A model generated the notes under the pieces. That model did no database searches. It was given only the letters and a program-made list of their open reading frames with translations, and had not been told where the DNA came from. This document shows positions 10,925-22,304 of a stretch of 64,000 nt of DNA, in pieces. The first letter of the stretch is position 1. Every line of letters starts with the position of its first letter. A program made the position numbers and the translations under genes. The stretch is from the NCBI RefSeq assembly GCF_030028105.1, contig NC_092401.1, positions 7,722,984 through 7,786,983 of the forward strand, written 5' to 3'. Origin of the DNA: Mobula birostris. Its lineage: Eukaryota.

Positions 10925-13900
10925 CGTATTCCCGATGAATTGTTAATCCGCCTGTTAAATACTGTTAAAGTTGCGATTGTAGGTGGAGGTTTAATAAAAT
11001 GGCTCGCGCAACTCTGGTTTGAACGCAGACGAGCGTTGACATAGCGGTAGCTGAGGGCGGAGATTTCAAAGACTGGGTTCTATCATTTCTGAGGAGTGGT
11101 CAGATTTGCAATGTCTAGTTAGTCCCCATTCCCCAGGGGAGAATGAGAATTCTGAGGTAGTATCCGCCCTTAGCTCTCTGGCGAAAATTGGGAAAATGCC
11201 CAGGTTCAAAGTCCCAGCTGTGTTTGGCTCTGCCTATTCTCTGGAATACGCCCACCCCGAAAGGGGAAGAGGAGGATGAAACTTGAACGGAGCAGACCTC
11301 CCAGTTGTTAGGCGAATAGCAGTGCTCTGATGACGTCAGGCGACAGGGATTGGTTGAAAGTTTGAATGGGTGGGCCGCTGACGTTGTAAGAGCCGTCAGG
11401 TTACGGTATCCCGTAGCGACGGCTATCATGCAAGCATTAGACGATGCTTTTAGTCCGACTGGAAGCCAATGGAGCTCAAGGTCAGGAACTTGCGTCAAGA
11501 GGAGCGGGGAAAAGCTTTCTGCTTTTATTTTTCGGCTAGAGAGGCAGTTAAGTTGCTCGCAGCGCAGAGGGGTCATTCAGGCGGCTGAGGTGGATCAGTT
11601 ACGAATGGACCAGATATAGCCAGGAGCGCCCAGTCCCATGACCTGATTGCTTGGGGTCTCTGACAGTCTCGCAAGACGCCCCTCTCCATCTTTTGAGCTG
11701 ATCAGAGAGGTAAGGGAAGAGAAGAATGCGGCGGAGGCGCTGGAGGGCTTAGTCGGCGGGGTACAGTCCTCGGTAGTAGTCCCCTGCGGTGAAGTGACCA
11801 CAGATAGCCTACCCCGGGGAGCGGTAGAGGAAATTGTGGCAGGGTTGAGAACGAAGATGTTTCGACTGTTATCAGCAGATGTGACACCCCCCCCACCCCA
11901 TATTATGGAGCTGATTGGGGTTGCGCTATCCCCTAAGGGGACGTACAATGCGGAGGGCTGCTGGCAGCAGGAGTCACGCCAGAAGGAGAGTGAGTCCCCG
12001 GGTACCTCAGCAGGGAGAGTCGTTGGGAAAACTTAGAGGAGACCCAGTGAGGGAACGGCCTGGTGTCTCTGGGGGAACACGTTCCCAGCAATGTACCAAG
12101 GAACCCCCGAAAGGGAAAGGCCCAATTCCTGAAGGTTTATTGGGACCACGCTCCAGTGTGTCGCTATGGATAGAGGGTATTTATGCTAAAGCCAAACTCG
12201 ACACCGGGTCGCAGGTCACGTTGTTGTACTGTTTGTTTTACAGCCGGTAATGAAGCATTTACCCTTGACACCATTCCGGGCACTGGAGATCTGCGGGCTT
12301 AATGTTAGTGATTATCCGTATGACGGTGATTTGTCAGAGAAGTTGGAGTTCTCGGAGGCCGATGTGGGAGTGTCGGAGGTCGTTGATACATCGGTGCCGG
12401 ATTGTCCAGACCCTGCTGAGAAGGGTGGCGTTTCAATTCTGGTGGAGACCAACACCCCTCTGGTGAGGAGACTCATGGGGGCCTGCAAGGAGAAGGCTGG
12501 CGAGAGATTTTTTGGAACATCGTCCGTGCACCCGGTGTTTCGAGCTGCTGTTGAGGAAGTTCGTGGCTGCATTAGGCCGAATTCCGAATTTAGACGAGGG
12601 ACTGTGCGGTTCTCCCAGTCAAAGCCAATGGTGGTACGGCCCGGGAAGTAGCAAGAGTGATGGGAAGCCCCACATTTCCAGGAGGGCCTGAGGGCGGGGG
12701 CCTCTTACTGGACGCTTCGGAACACCACGAGGGAGAGTCGGGATTTCCTGCTGGGGTACTGCTGAGACCCGAATTGCAGGCAAGCAGGATGGCAGTGATT
12801 GTCAGGAACTTCACGAAGAGGGAGGCCACCTTCCAGCGGGGGATGCCCCTGGTCCATTTGTTCCCGGTGACGGCAATGTCTAGTGTCCCTATGAGGCATG
12901 CCAGGACAAACCATTGGACAAAGCGGGGAAAGTCATTCAACTTTGGGCACTCCCCGATGCCGCCGGGTTGGAAGAAGAGGTTGGTAGAGATGATGTTGAA
13001 GCTGGAAGGTGTCTTTTCCACTGATGAGTTTGATGTGAGTTGTTCCAAGAACACGCGTCACACTCTCCAGGTGACTGAGGATACTCTGTTCAGAGAAAGG
13101 TCGCGGCGACTGGCCCCCGCACTGTTGGAGGACGTTCGGCAGCATTTGTGTAAGGTGAAGCAGGCCGGGATCATCACCGAGTCCCAAAGCCCGTGTGCGT
13201 CCCCAGTAGTAGTGGCCCGAAAGAAGAATGGGAAGGTACGGATGTGTGTGGACTTTTGGATTCCGAACGAGCGTACCGTCCCTGACCAGTATACTGTCCC
13301 GAGGATTGAAGACGCACTGGCCTGCTTGAGTGGTGCAAAGTGGTTTAGTGTGCTGGATTTGAGGAGTGGATATTACCAGATCCCCATGAATGAGGTCGAC
13401 AAGGAGAAAACGGCATTTATATGTCCCCTAGGATTTTTCCAGTTCGAAAGGATGCCCCCAGGGCATCCCGGGAGCTCCTGCAGCCTTCCAGCGGGTCATG
13501 GAGAAGAGGGTGAGGAATATGAACTTGCTTGAGGTATTGGTGTATCTGGATGGCCTCGTAGTGTTTGGATCCACCTTGGAAGAACATGAACCGAGGCTGC
13601 TGAAGGTGCTGGGCCGCCTGAAAGCTGAAGGGTTAAAACTTTCCCTGGACAAGTGCCAGTCCTGCCGAACGTCTGTTAGCTTTGTTGGGCACATAGTCTC
13701 ATGGGATGAAGATCTAGCTAAGATAGAGCCGGTTACCACTTGGCCAAGATCCCAGACCGTGAGCGCTCTGCGCTCGTTCCTCGAGTTCTGTGGGTACTAT
13801 CGGAGGTTCGTTAAAGGCTACGCGAATGTGAGTCACCCGTTGAATCAGCTTCTGTGCGGTTACTCTCCCTTGGGGAAGAAAGGGAGGGGGAGAAAAGGAC

Positions 13901-16890
13901 TGGACGGTGGAGAGTATCTCAGCCCGTCGGAGCCCTTTGGACCGATGTGGGACGCAAAATGTGAGGGGGCCTTTCAGTCGCTGAAGGAGCTGCAAACACA
14001 GGCGCCGGTGCTGGCTTTTGCAGACCCGCGCTTCCCGTAATTACTGAACACGGATGCCAGCCGAGAGGGTTTGGGGGCGTCCTCTATCCGGATCAAGGCA
14101 CCAGGTTGAGACCTGTAGCGTTTTTCAGCTAGAGTCTGTCTCCCTCCAAGAAAAACTATCCCACGCACAAGATGGAATTTCTGGCGTTGGAATGGGCGGT
14201 GGTGGATAAGCTGAGTGAGTACCTCTACCGGGTCAAGTTTGAGGTGAGGACGGATAACAACCTCCTAGTTTATATCCTAATCTCGGCGAAATTGGATGCC
14301 ACAGGCCATCGGTGGTCGGTAGCGTTGTCTGCCTATGATTTCAGCCTGAAGTGCCGGCCGGGAACCAGGAACATTGATGCTGATGCTTTGTCCCAATGGG
14401 CGCATGAGAGACTGGCTAAGGACGAGGAGTGGGAGAGCGTTCCTGCCCCGGGGGTGAAGGCCATGTGTCAGTTTGCCATCAGCGTGAAGGCAGAGGGAAA
14501 GGAGGGGCAGGGTAGAGCGGTGGATCAATAGTGAGGTTCTGATGACGCCATTCTACAAGTTTACTGTAACCCGACTGCTCTGAAAACAAGCGGCCGGAAT
14601 TGAGCCCTGGGGAAGTGGCAGCTGCTCAGCGAGATGACCCGGGCATTGGTACCATTTAGGCGGCAGTCAAAAACGGAGACGTAACTCAGGCGGAGAAGAA
14701 GAAACACGCGGCGCTGCCTCTATTACAGCGAGAATGGCCTCGCTTGGAGATGAAGAACCACATCTTATACCGGGTCACGTCACCCCCGGACCGACCTCGG
14801 CGTTGCCAGCTGGTTCTGCCCGAGATGTAATGGAGAATTACGTTGAAGTCACTTCACGATGATTCTGGACATTTGGGGGTGGCAAGGACCTATAGATGGC
14901 TCAAAGCAGTTTTACTGGCCCCGGATGAAATCGGAGGTCGAAGAATACTCCAAGTCGTGGATTCAATACATGCAGAGGAAGACACTGCCTACGCGGGCAG
15001 CTCCCTTGTCCCACTTGCAGAGTGCGGGGCCTCTGGACCTTGTGTGTATGGATTTCCTGTCAATAGAACCCAATGCCAGCAACACGGCGAATGTCTTAGT
15101 CATCACGGCACACTACACCAGATATGCGCAAGCTTTTCCTACCAAGGAGCAGAGGCGTCCACGGTGACAATAGTGTTATGGGAGAAGTATTCCATTTATT
15201 ATGGCCTTCCCAGGTAGATACATAGTGATCAAAGACGGGATTTCGAGAGCAGACTCATCCATGAGTTTCATGCAATGCTTGGAGTCGAGAAGTCGAGGAC
15301 CACGCCCTATCAACCGCAGGGTGATCCCCAGCAAGAGAAGTTTAATCGGACCTTGCTAGACATGCTCGGGACCCTGGAGATCAGCAAGAAGAGCAAGTAG
15401 AGTCAACATATTGGGCATCCTGTCCACTGCTACAACTGTAGATGAAATGAAACTGCTGGGTAATCGCCATATTATCTGATGTTTGGGAGTGAGGCAAGGT
15501 TGCCCATTGCCCTTTGTTTTGGGACTGACAAGGGTGACATACCCCCAAAGACTTATCTGAAGTATGTGTCTGATATGGGAAGGGAGCTGAAAAAGGCTTA
15601 TGAATTAGTTGGGGTCGTGGCTGCCAAGCAGAAGTAAGGAAATAAGAGGTACGATCCAAAGGTTAGGTCCTCCCAACTCCTGCCGGGAGACTGGGTCCTC
15701 ATGAGGAATTTGGAGATACCTGGAAAGCATAAGTTGGCTGACCGCTGGGCAGCTATGCCCCATGTGGTGCAGAGTCAGATGCTAAATCTACCAGTTTTCT
15801 GGGTGAAACCAGAGAATGGGAATGGGCCTGGCAAGATTCTCCATCGGAACCGCCTGCTGTCTCTGGGACAAGAGGTGCAGGTAGACCCAGAGCCAGACTT
15901 GGAGCCTACACCATGTAGGAGGACTCTGTGGAAACGCGGGGCGACTTCAGGGCCCAAAGCAGGTGAGGTTAGGCCAGCCCCCATCCCTGAGAGGGATACT
16001 GATTCGGAGGATGAGGACCTGGATGTGTGGTTAATGTTGCCTTTTGCTAACTCCCCACTGATTGAGGAAGAGACTCCCAGCCCTCCTTCCGCTGTGAGGT
16101 AAAGTGGGGGGAGGGTCTATCTGTGGGCAGCCTGGGTTGCAGTGGGACTCTGCGGGGAGGAAGCGGGGCTTGACCACGGGGCAGGGAGGGCTCAGAGTTG
16201 CAGGTGGGCACGAGTGATAGGTTGGGAGAGGCCTCGCCAGGTAGACCAGAAGTATCCCCAGTAGTGTCTGAACTTGAAGAGTTAGGTGAGGGTGTGTGGA
16301 GGTCTCAGAGAATTAGGGGATCACCGGATAGGCTGGCCTACGTAACACCAGGGGAACAGAGTGTGACCCCAACTGTGTTGGCGAGCTATGTCACTGCCTT
16401 TTACACTTGGATTGGGCTTTGTGTTTTGCAGGAAGGGTTAGCGAATTATCTCAACATCATGAGGACATGACTAAATTTGGTGGGAGGAGAGTGTAACGCG
16501 CTGTAAGGTTTCACTACTATGTAATGGCCTCTCTGTAATGTTTCACTGCTAAGGCTAAGGTAATGGTTTCTCTGCAGCAGCAATGTTTGGGTTATGACTA
16601 GAGATAACAGGGCATGTTAGTCCTGACCCTTCGTCAGGACTGAAGAGGGAAGTGGCAGATATGACGAAGGGTTCCGGCCCGAAACGTTGACTGATCGTTT
16701 CCACGGATGCTGCCCGACCTGCTGAGTTCCTCCAGTGTGTTGAGTGTTGTTTTGACCCCAGCATCTGCAGAGTATTTTGTGTTAACAGGGGACACATCGC
16801 ACAGCATCCACCAAACAATATTTCTTAAGTTTGGCTGGGCCGGGGGCTATCATCCCCTAGATTAAACCGCTAGCCGAACCGAGGGTTACA
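10925..16890 (+). mobile_element. Gypsy LTR retrotransposon, near full length, disabled; 5' LTR missing, 3' LTR 16492-16890
   Basis: PNMA-like gag (GEEEDET*TEQ), protease [10 protein letters not shown] (YYQIPM...TAFICPLG, YLDG), RNase H (EFLALEWAV), integrase (DFLSIE), PPT; many stops and frameshifts. Confidence 0.95.
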
Positions 16891-17881
16891 TATGTATTTA
16901 TATTTATTGTGTTTTAATTATTATTGTATTTTTATCTTTTTTAGCTGCATTAGATCCTGACTAACAATGATCTTGTTTCCCTTTACAGTTGTTTACAGGA
17001 CATGATATTAAACAATCTTCAACCTTGAGTGTTGAACGACAGGAGTCCCATGTTCTCTAAATAACTCCATGTGTCACTGATGTCTCAATTTCTACCTCGC
17101 CCTTCCTAAATATATTCAATGACGTGACCTTTCTGTACATTTTGGAAAATTTTTCTCCACAGCTCAATCCCTCCATCCTGAAACAGCAATTTGGCATGTC
17201 TCTGCCAATCAGGTCTTAGGGAGGAGTCAAATCAGATCCACCCATGTTAGAACAGAGTGACTTTTAATGTCTTTATTCAAAGATTCAATTTACATTTATT
17301 ATCAAAGGATGTACACATTATACAGCCTTGAGATTCATCTCCTAACAGTCAGTCACAAAACAAAGATACCCAAAGTAATCTGTATAAAACGACTGTCTAA
17401 CACCCAAAATGCAGAGATAAAAAATCACATTCCCATAAAATAAGAAAATGACTGAAAAATTCCTTCTGTTTGAATACACAAGGGCTAAAATTATGCTGAC
17501 ATGCGTTTATATTATGTGGAAATAGACAGGAAGCTAACTGCATAGAATACGAGCCCTTCACTACGATTTTTCTCCACACATCCTCGTGCATCCCGAATCT
17601 GCAAACCCTTAGCCAGGGAAAGTATATCTCCTGCATCCAACCTCTCGAGATCTGTCAAAACGCCATACATTTGATTAGATCTTCACTAATTCTTCCAAAC
17701 CTTCGTGTTAATGGGCCACAGTGACTCAATCTCTCTTCATACGCCAGTCCTGCCATCCCCGGAATCAGTCTGGTGAACCGTCCCCTCACTGTCTGAACGG
17801 TAAGTATATCCATTCTCAGCTGAGATTGAACTGCACACAACACTTCACTGAACAGATTCCATTTCCCTGTGTGTGTGTGTG

Positions 17882-18800
17882 TGTCAGTACCTCCAGTTGA
17901 ACTCTGTCTTTTTGTGTGTTTTCCCCTAGCTGTCAGTCTGTGGTTTTGTATTGCCATGTGCCCCTGTCCCCGCTCCTGCTCTACTCCGGCCGCTGTATTA
18001 CTGAGTACTCCATCTCTCATCTGCCTCTCATTATTACCTGTTTTGCTGCCACCTGTGTCTCATTGTGCTCCACCTATCATCTGCCTCTCTGTTTATTCTC
18101 AGTGTATTTCAGTCCTGTGTTTTCACCTGTTTGTGGCCAGATTGTGCCAGTGAATTTTCCTCAGCCTTTCCAGCATTCATATCTGTACTGTCTGTCTGAA
18201 TATCGACTCTGCCTGTTTCCTGATTCTAGTTTTTGGATTTCTCTGGATGTTTTGATCTCAGCCTGAACTTTGACGCTGAGTTTGTTTGCTTCTCGGGATT
18301 TGTTACTCAATTAATATCACAGTGTGCACAATACTGGGTCTGCGATTGAATCCCTGTTCCAGCGTCCTGACAGTACAATCTGGCCAGAATGGATCCAGCA
18401 GTCCCCGGTCAACTGAGAATGGCTCTGGAACAACAGGGAGTGATGCTGAGGAAACCCAGCTGGACTCTGTGTTCGGGACAATGGAGTCGCTTTTTATCAA
18501 TGTAGCTGATCTTGTGGCCCTGACTCAGCCACTCCAGCTGTCCCAGAGCGCCCATCAACATCCTGTGACTGCATCTTCCGCCCCACCCTCCACCTTCTCA
18601 GTTACTCCTCCTATCCAAGAGCCCGCCTGCCTCCTCCAGAAAAGTACTCAGGTGAGCCCGGTACCTGCCACTCTTTTCTTTCCCAGTGCACCCCCAGTCT
18701 TCAATTACAACCAACAAACTTTCCGACTGATCGAGCCAAGGTCACCAATGTCATGCAACTGTCCGGTCTATCCTCCTTCCCCTCACCCTACTGTTTAATT
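17882..18800 (+). mobile_element. Gypsy 5' LTR (17882-18372) plus PBS-like segment and degenerate gag start
   Basis: TGTCAGTACC...CCTGACA followed by gtacaatctggccagaATGGATCCAGCA (MDPA); LTR ~90% identical by eye to the reverse complement of 35265-35767. Confidence 0.85.
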
Positions 18801-19028
18801 CTTTTGTCTTCCCCATTCCTTTCCAGGATAGCTGCTGTTTCTAAAAATGGAAAACTGTGGAACTGGAGGCAAAGTTTCGGGGTGAGTGGGTGGTCATTTG
18901 GGACTGAATTAGGGAGGAGTTTCTTCTCTCCAGTTGTGAATTGATGGAATTCTTCATGCACAGGTTGTGGTTGCGCCATCACTAAACATATTAAATGGAA
19001 TTTGGTCCGGGTAGGATTAGAATACAAA

Positions 19029-19034
19029 TTTATT
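19029..19034 (-). terminator. Candidate poly(A) signal of the ICAM-like gene
   Basis: First AATAAA I found on the minus strand after the stop, ~720 nt downstream. Confidence 0.3.
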
Positions 19035-19751
19035 TTGGAAGGTGCTCGGACAGAATACTGCCAACTTCTATTTATAACGCTCCGAGAACCGGACACCGAT
19101 CGACACCAGGGGATGATTAAAAAGCGAGAGAGACACCTTGTGGTCTGGGAAGGGAACTGCAGAGTTTAACTCTGAAGGCAGCTGCAAGCACAGCTCCCCC
19201 TAGTGCAGGGATGAATCAGCAATGGGCAGTCAGAAAGTCCTCGGGGAGTTGTGTAACTGGATAACAGGGATAGAAAGCGATCGGATATCAACTGTTTAAA
19301 CCAGAGAATGAGAATGTTGCGAAAGGTGTTGCCTGACATCTTATCCACTTGTAACATAATATAAGGACAATATTTGTGTCATTTAAGCAAATAGTTACCA
19401 CAGAAGAAGATGATTGCAACATTTGAACAAGTCTGTGATCCAACGGTAATTTCCATGAGTGGGACGGAAAGTTGTCAGGCTCAGATGGCCTTACTGCTGA
19501 AATAGTCTTGATACCCATGTTCAGGTGGTGACTCCGTGTTCGTAGAAATCAACTTTTGAATGAATTGATTTAAAACAGCCCGGAAATCAACACTCTTGGG
19601 AATGTCCCTGCATTTAGCACAGTATATGTTGCCGGTAGACTGTAGTTATTAGAATCAGCAGTCTCCCTCAACAACAATATTCATAAAATTATTGTTTTAT
19701 CTGTGCAGGATTGAATAATACCATATATATGAGTTCGTTAGTGGTTATCGT

Positions 19752-19951
19752 TTAGAACTTTGAATTTACTTCTGTTAAAAATTCCTGATCATTCCCAGAA
19801 GGGATGTCCTGATTTTTGTGGGGTGCTGCATTCATGACGTTGTGATGTCCTGTTTTCTGAGCTCTGTTTCTTAGGATGCAGGTGATGACCAGCACGAGTA
19901 ATAGTATTAGGATGGGTAGCAAGATCATCAACACCATCTTTCAAACATCAT
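19752..19951 (-). CDS. Last exon: TM + cytoplasmic tail, with in-frame TGA at 19941-19943
   Basis: Acceptor ttccccag|AT GAT GTT TGA AAG ATG; MVLMILLPILILLLVLVITCILRNR is a hydrophobic helix with basic stop-transfer residues; TAA at 19752. Confidence 0.85.
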
Positions 19952-20229
19952 CTGGGGAACATACACAAAAGCCATTACACAGTCATTAACCATCTCAGGC
20001 AAACACATCAATTGTCAAGCCACTAATCCTTCTGAAAATCCCAGAATTTTGTAGATTTCATGGACCTTACTGTTTACTCTCCCATGCTTTCTCATTTTCT
20101 ATATAAACGCATACTACACATGAAACATTTTGACATGGTACTTCACAACCAGTGAAAATAATTTCTGAGGAGTAATGACTGTGAAGGCCAAATTTCACCC
20201 AGCAAGACCAGAAACAAACACGTGGCAAT

Positions 20230-20420
20230 GCCATCATCCGCTTTAATAATGCTGATTGAGGGGCAAGTAGTGACCAGGATTCCATTAGAAATCATCTGCT
20301 CTTTGAGTTTGTGTCATTTTGTTTTAGCTACAAGCCTGAGAAAGCAGGCTGTTTAATGCCTCAGCTGGAAGGCAGCACCTCAGAGAGTGCTCCCTCAGGT
20401 TGGAAGCCCGTGATGAGCTG
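20230..20420 (+). mobile_element. Ancient Deu-domain SINE remnant (SacSINE/AmnSINE-like)
   Basis: ttgaggggcaagtagtgaccagga...gtttaatgcctcagctggaaggcagcacctcagagagtgctccctcag resembles the Deu domain as recalled; not searched against a database. Confidence 0.5.
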
Positions 20421-20621
20421 TGTGCCCAGGGTTCAGAGCTGGGCCCATTGCTGTTTGGTCGAGAACATACAGGGACATGGGTAGACAGTTTGCAGATAAC
20501 AAGATGCACAGGTGGCATTATGGACAGTGAAGATGGTTATTGGGAATTACAGAGAAATCTTGATCGGCTATGTAAGTAGACAGAGGAATAGCAAATGGAG
20601 TTTAATTCAGATACGGTGGCA

Positions 20622-20850
20622 TGGTAACATTGTGGTTAGCACAGCGCTTTACAGGACCAGCAACCCAGGTTCAGTTCCTGCCGCTGTCTGTAAGGAGTTT
20701 GCATGATCCCACTGTGACTGTGTGTGTGTGTTTCCTCTGAGTTCCTCCCACAGTCCAAAGACCTACCAGCTGGTAGGTTAACTGGTCATTGTAAATTGTC
20801 CCGTGATTAGGCTAGGGTTCAATCAGGGGTTGCTAGGTGGCAATAGAACA
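20622..20850 (+). mobile_element. tRNA-derived SINE (V-SINE/HE1-like); another copy at ~26763-27010
   Basis: Box A/B-like tggttagcacagcgc...ggttcagttcct, plus central gtaggttaactggtcattgtaaattgtcc domain. Confidence 0.65.
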
Positions 20851-21164
20851 GAAAGAGCCGGAAAGGACTGTCCCATGCTGGAACTCAATCAATATATAAA
20901 TGCGAGGTGTTGCATTTTGGGAAGTGAAGTTAGTGTAGGACTTTGCACAGTGAACGGCAGAGCCCTGGGGTGTGTGCAAGACAGAGAGATCGAGTGATCT
21001 CAGTTCCCTTAAAGTGCTATCACAAGCAGACAGTATGGTGACAATGGCTTTTGGCACACTGACCTTCATCAGTCAGAGTATGGAGGGTAGCGTCTGTACA
21101 GGATGTCAGTGGAGCCACATGTGGAATAGTTTTCCGTTCCACTTGTCCTTTCACTGGAAAGATG

Positions 21165-21970
21165 TTGTCACCCTCACCCACATCTCTTGCATTTCCCGAA
21201 CATCCGTGCTCACTCCATCATCTCACCACCTTAACAGTGATCGAGATCCTCTTGTCCTTACCTACAACCCCATGAGCCTCTGCATCCAACACATCATTCT
21301 CCTCAACATCTACCATCTCCAAAATGATCCTACCACTAAACATATCGTTACCTCCTCACTCTCTGCCGAGATCACTCCCTCAGTGATTCCCTTCTCCATT
21401 TGTCCCTCCCCATTAAACTTCCTCCTGGCACATATCCCAGCAAGTGGCCAAAGTGCTCACCTGCCCATTTACATCCCCGCTCACCTCCATTCAGGGCCAC
21501 AAACAGTCCTTCCAGGTGAGGCAACACGTCCCCTGTGAATCTGCTGGGTTGTCTATTCTGGCCGGGGCTCCCAATGTGACCTCTCCTACACTGATGAGCT
21601 CCATCGTTCATTGGGGGACAGCTTTGTCGAGCACCTCCGCTCCATCTGCCAAGACCTTTTAATTCTGATTCCCATTCCCATTCATGTCCATCCATGGTCT
21701 CCATTGTTCTAAGATGAGGCCACCCTCAGAGTGAAGGAGCATCACCGTATATTCCTCCTGGGTAGCCTCCAACCTGATGGCATAAATACCAATTTCTTCA
21801 GTTAAAAAAAATCCCTTCCCCTTTCCTCCTCTTCTATTCCCTCCTGAGCACTGTTACCTCTTCTCACTTGCCTATCAGCTCCCCCTGGGTCCCCTCCTCC
21901 TTCGCTTCCTCCTCTGGTCCACCGTCTTCTATCACATTCCTCCCTCTCCAGTCCTTTATCTCTCCCATCT
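21165..21970 (+). mobile_element. Penelope-like element 3' fragment (GIY-YIG region)
   Basis: Degenerate TCESAG..Y..ET..R..HL region and pyrimidine-rich terminal repeat. Confidence 0.7.
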
Positions 21971-22304
21971 ACCAAGGAACTGAAAGAGTGTGTTAGAGGG
22001 ACAGATTGGGTATGCTTGGACTTTATTCAAGGGGCCATAGGAGAATGTGGGGGTGATCTCATACAGGAGTTCAAAATCAGGAAGGGCAGAGATAGGTGAA
22101 TGTGCTCAGTCTTCATCTCAGGTTGGGGATCAGGAACTTCAAGTCACACATAAGATGAGAGGGGAGAGATTTTATTGGAATGTCAGGGGTAACTTTTTCA
22201 CCAGAGGCTAATCTGTAAATGAATGAACCACCAGATGAAGTGGTTGAGGAAGGCAGATTAAGAACATTTAAAAGCACTTGGACAGGTACATGGAGAGGAA
22301 AGGT

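Larger units (their letters stand above)
5900..17881 (+). pseudogene. Copy A: inverted, 3'-truncated duplicate of the ICAM-like upstream region, exon 1 and intron 1
   Basis: Reverse-complement matches: 5900-6400 to 58400-58870, 7608-9070 to 57000-58390, 9400-10900 to 61970-64000, 16891-17881 to 41852-42700 and 59915-60327; ends at the exon-2 acceptor. Confidence 0.9.

Noticed and set aside
15701-16470. Possible env or extra ORF after the Gypsy integrase
   Set aside because: Matches the integrase C-terminal region and a low-complexity acidic tail; no signal peptide, furin site or TM
20071-20098. Small stalk exon (tatatag|...aaaca|gtaagg)
   Set aside because: 28 nt does not keep phase 1-1, and longer versions contain stops or also break the frame
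20972-21704. Long ORFs such as 20972-21538 (also 29036-29740 and 30605-31057) as host genes
   Set aside because: Fully explained by Penelope, L2, Rex1 or hAT sequence or their antisense frames
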